Shown here one piece after another: positions 63,810 through 64,000 of a stretch of 64,000 nt of DNA. The notes under the pieces are model-generated. The model was not told where the DNA came from. It did no database searches and saw only the letters and a program-made list of their open reading frames with translations. Made by a program: the position numbers and the translations under genes. The DNA is from Haliotis cracherodii (taxonomy: Eukaryota): positions 34,224,001 through 34,288,000 of the forward strand of contig NW_027266270.1 in NCBI RefSeq assembly GCF_022045235.1, in the 5' to 3' direction. Position 1 is the stretch's first letter, and each line of letters starts with the position of its first letter.

Positions 63810-64000
63810 TTGTTTGTTTGTTTGTTTGTTTAACGCCTCACTCAACAATATTCCAGCTACGAGGGTCTGTAAAGAATCGGGTCTGGATCAGACAATCCAG
63901 TGACTGACGTCATGAGAATCGATCTACGCAATTGGGATACCATGACATGCATCGACCAAGCCAGCGAGCCTGACCACCTGATCCTGTTAGTTGACTGTTA
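63810..64000 (-). mobile_element. Copy of the structured-head retroposon running off the window end
   Basis: (TTTG)n tail, AATATTCCAGCT and CAGACAATCCAGTGA body, as in 4912-5171. Confidence 0.75.

Overview
This is eukaryotic (animal) genomic DNA: AT-rich, intron-rich and repeat-dense. The SINE repertoire suggests a mollusc, possibly a gastropod such as abalone (inference only). I can assemble three spliced host genes from GT-AG junctions. (1) A glutamine-synthetase/lengsin-like gene with two coding exons, minus strand 3363-8391, about 435 aa. (2) A three-exon gene for a proline-rich, PPxY-bearing, tail-anchored membrane protein, plus strand 14185-18323, 213 aa. (3) The 3' 15 coding exons of a DNMBP/Tuba-type RhoGEF (DH-BAR-SH3-SH3), minus strand 49106-60713, whose 5' end is not identified and probably lies beyond the window. 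The rest is SINEs (tRNA-Asp-like, tRNA-Leu/Ser-like, MetaSINE-like), a retroposon with no recognisable Pol III head and a structured 5' end, two LINE fragments, several MITE families and minisatellites. The most striking feature is a decayed, apparently spliced DDE-type transposase (minus, ~23790-27734) ending in a Spindlin (Spin/Ssty) Tudor-like module that keeps the aromatic cage used to read H3K4me3, i.e. a candidate chromatin-reading DNA transposon. Second is the 5' end of the abundant non-tRNA retroposon, which shows compensatory base changes between subfamilies and is a candidate self-cleaving ribozyme. All homology calls come from motif recognition by eye; no searches were run.
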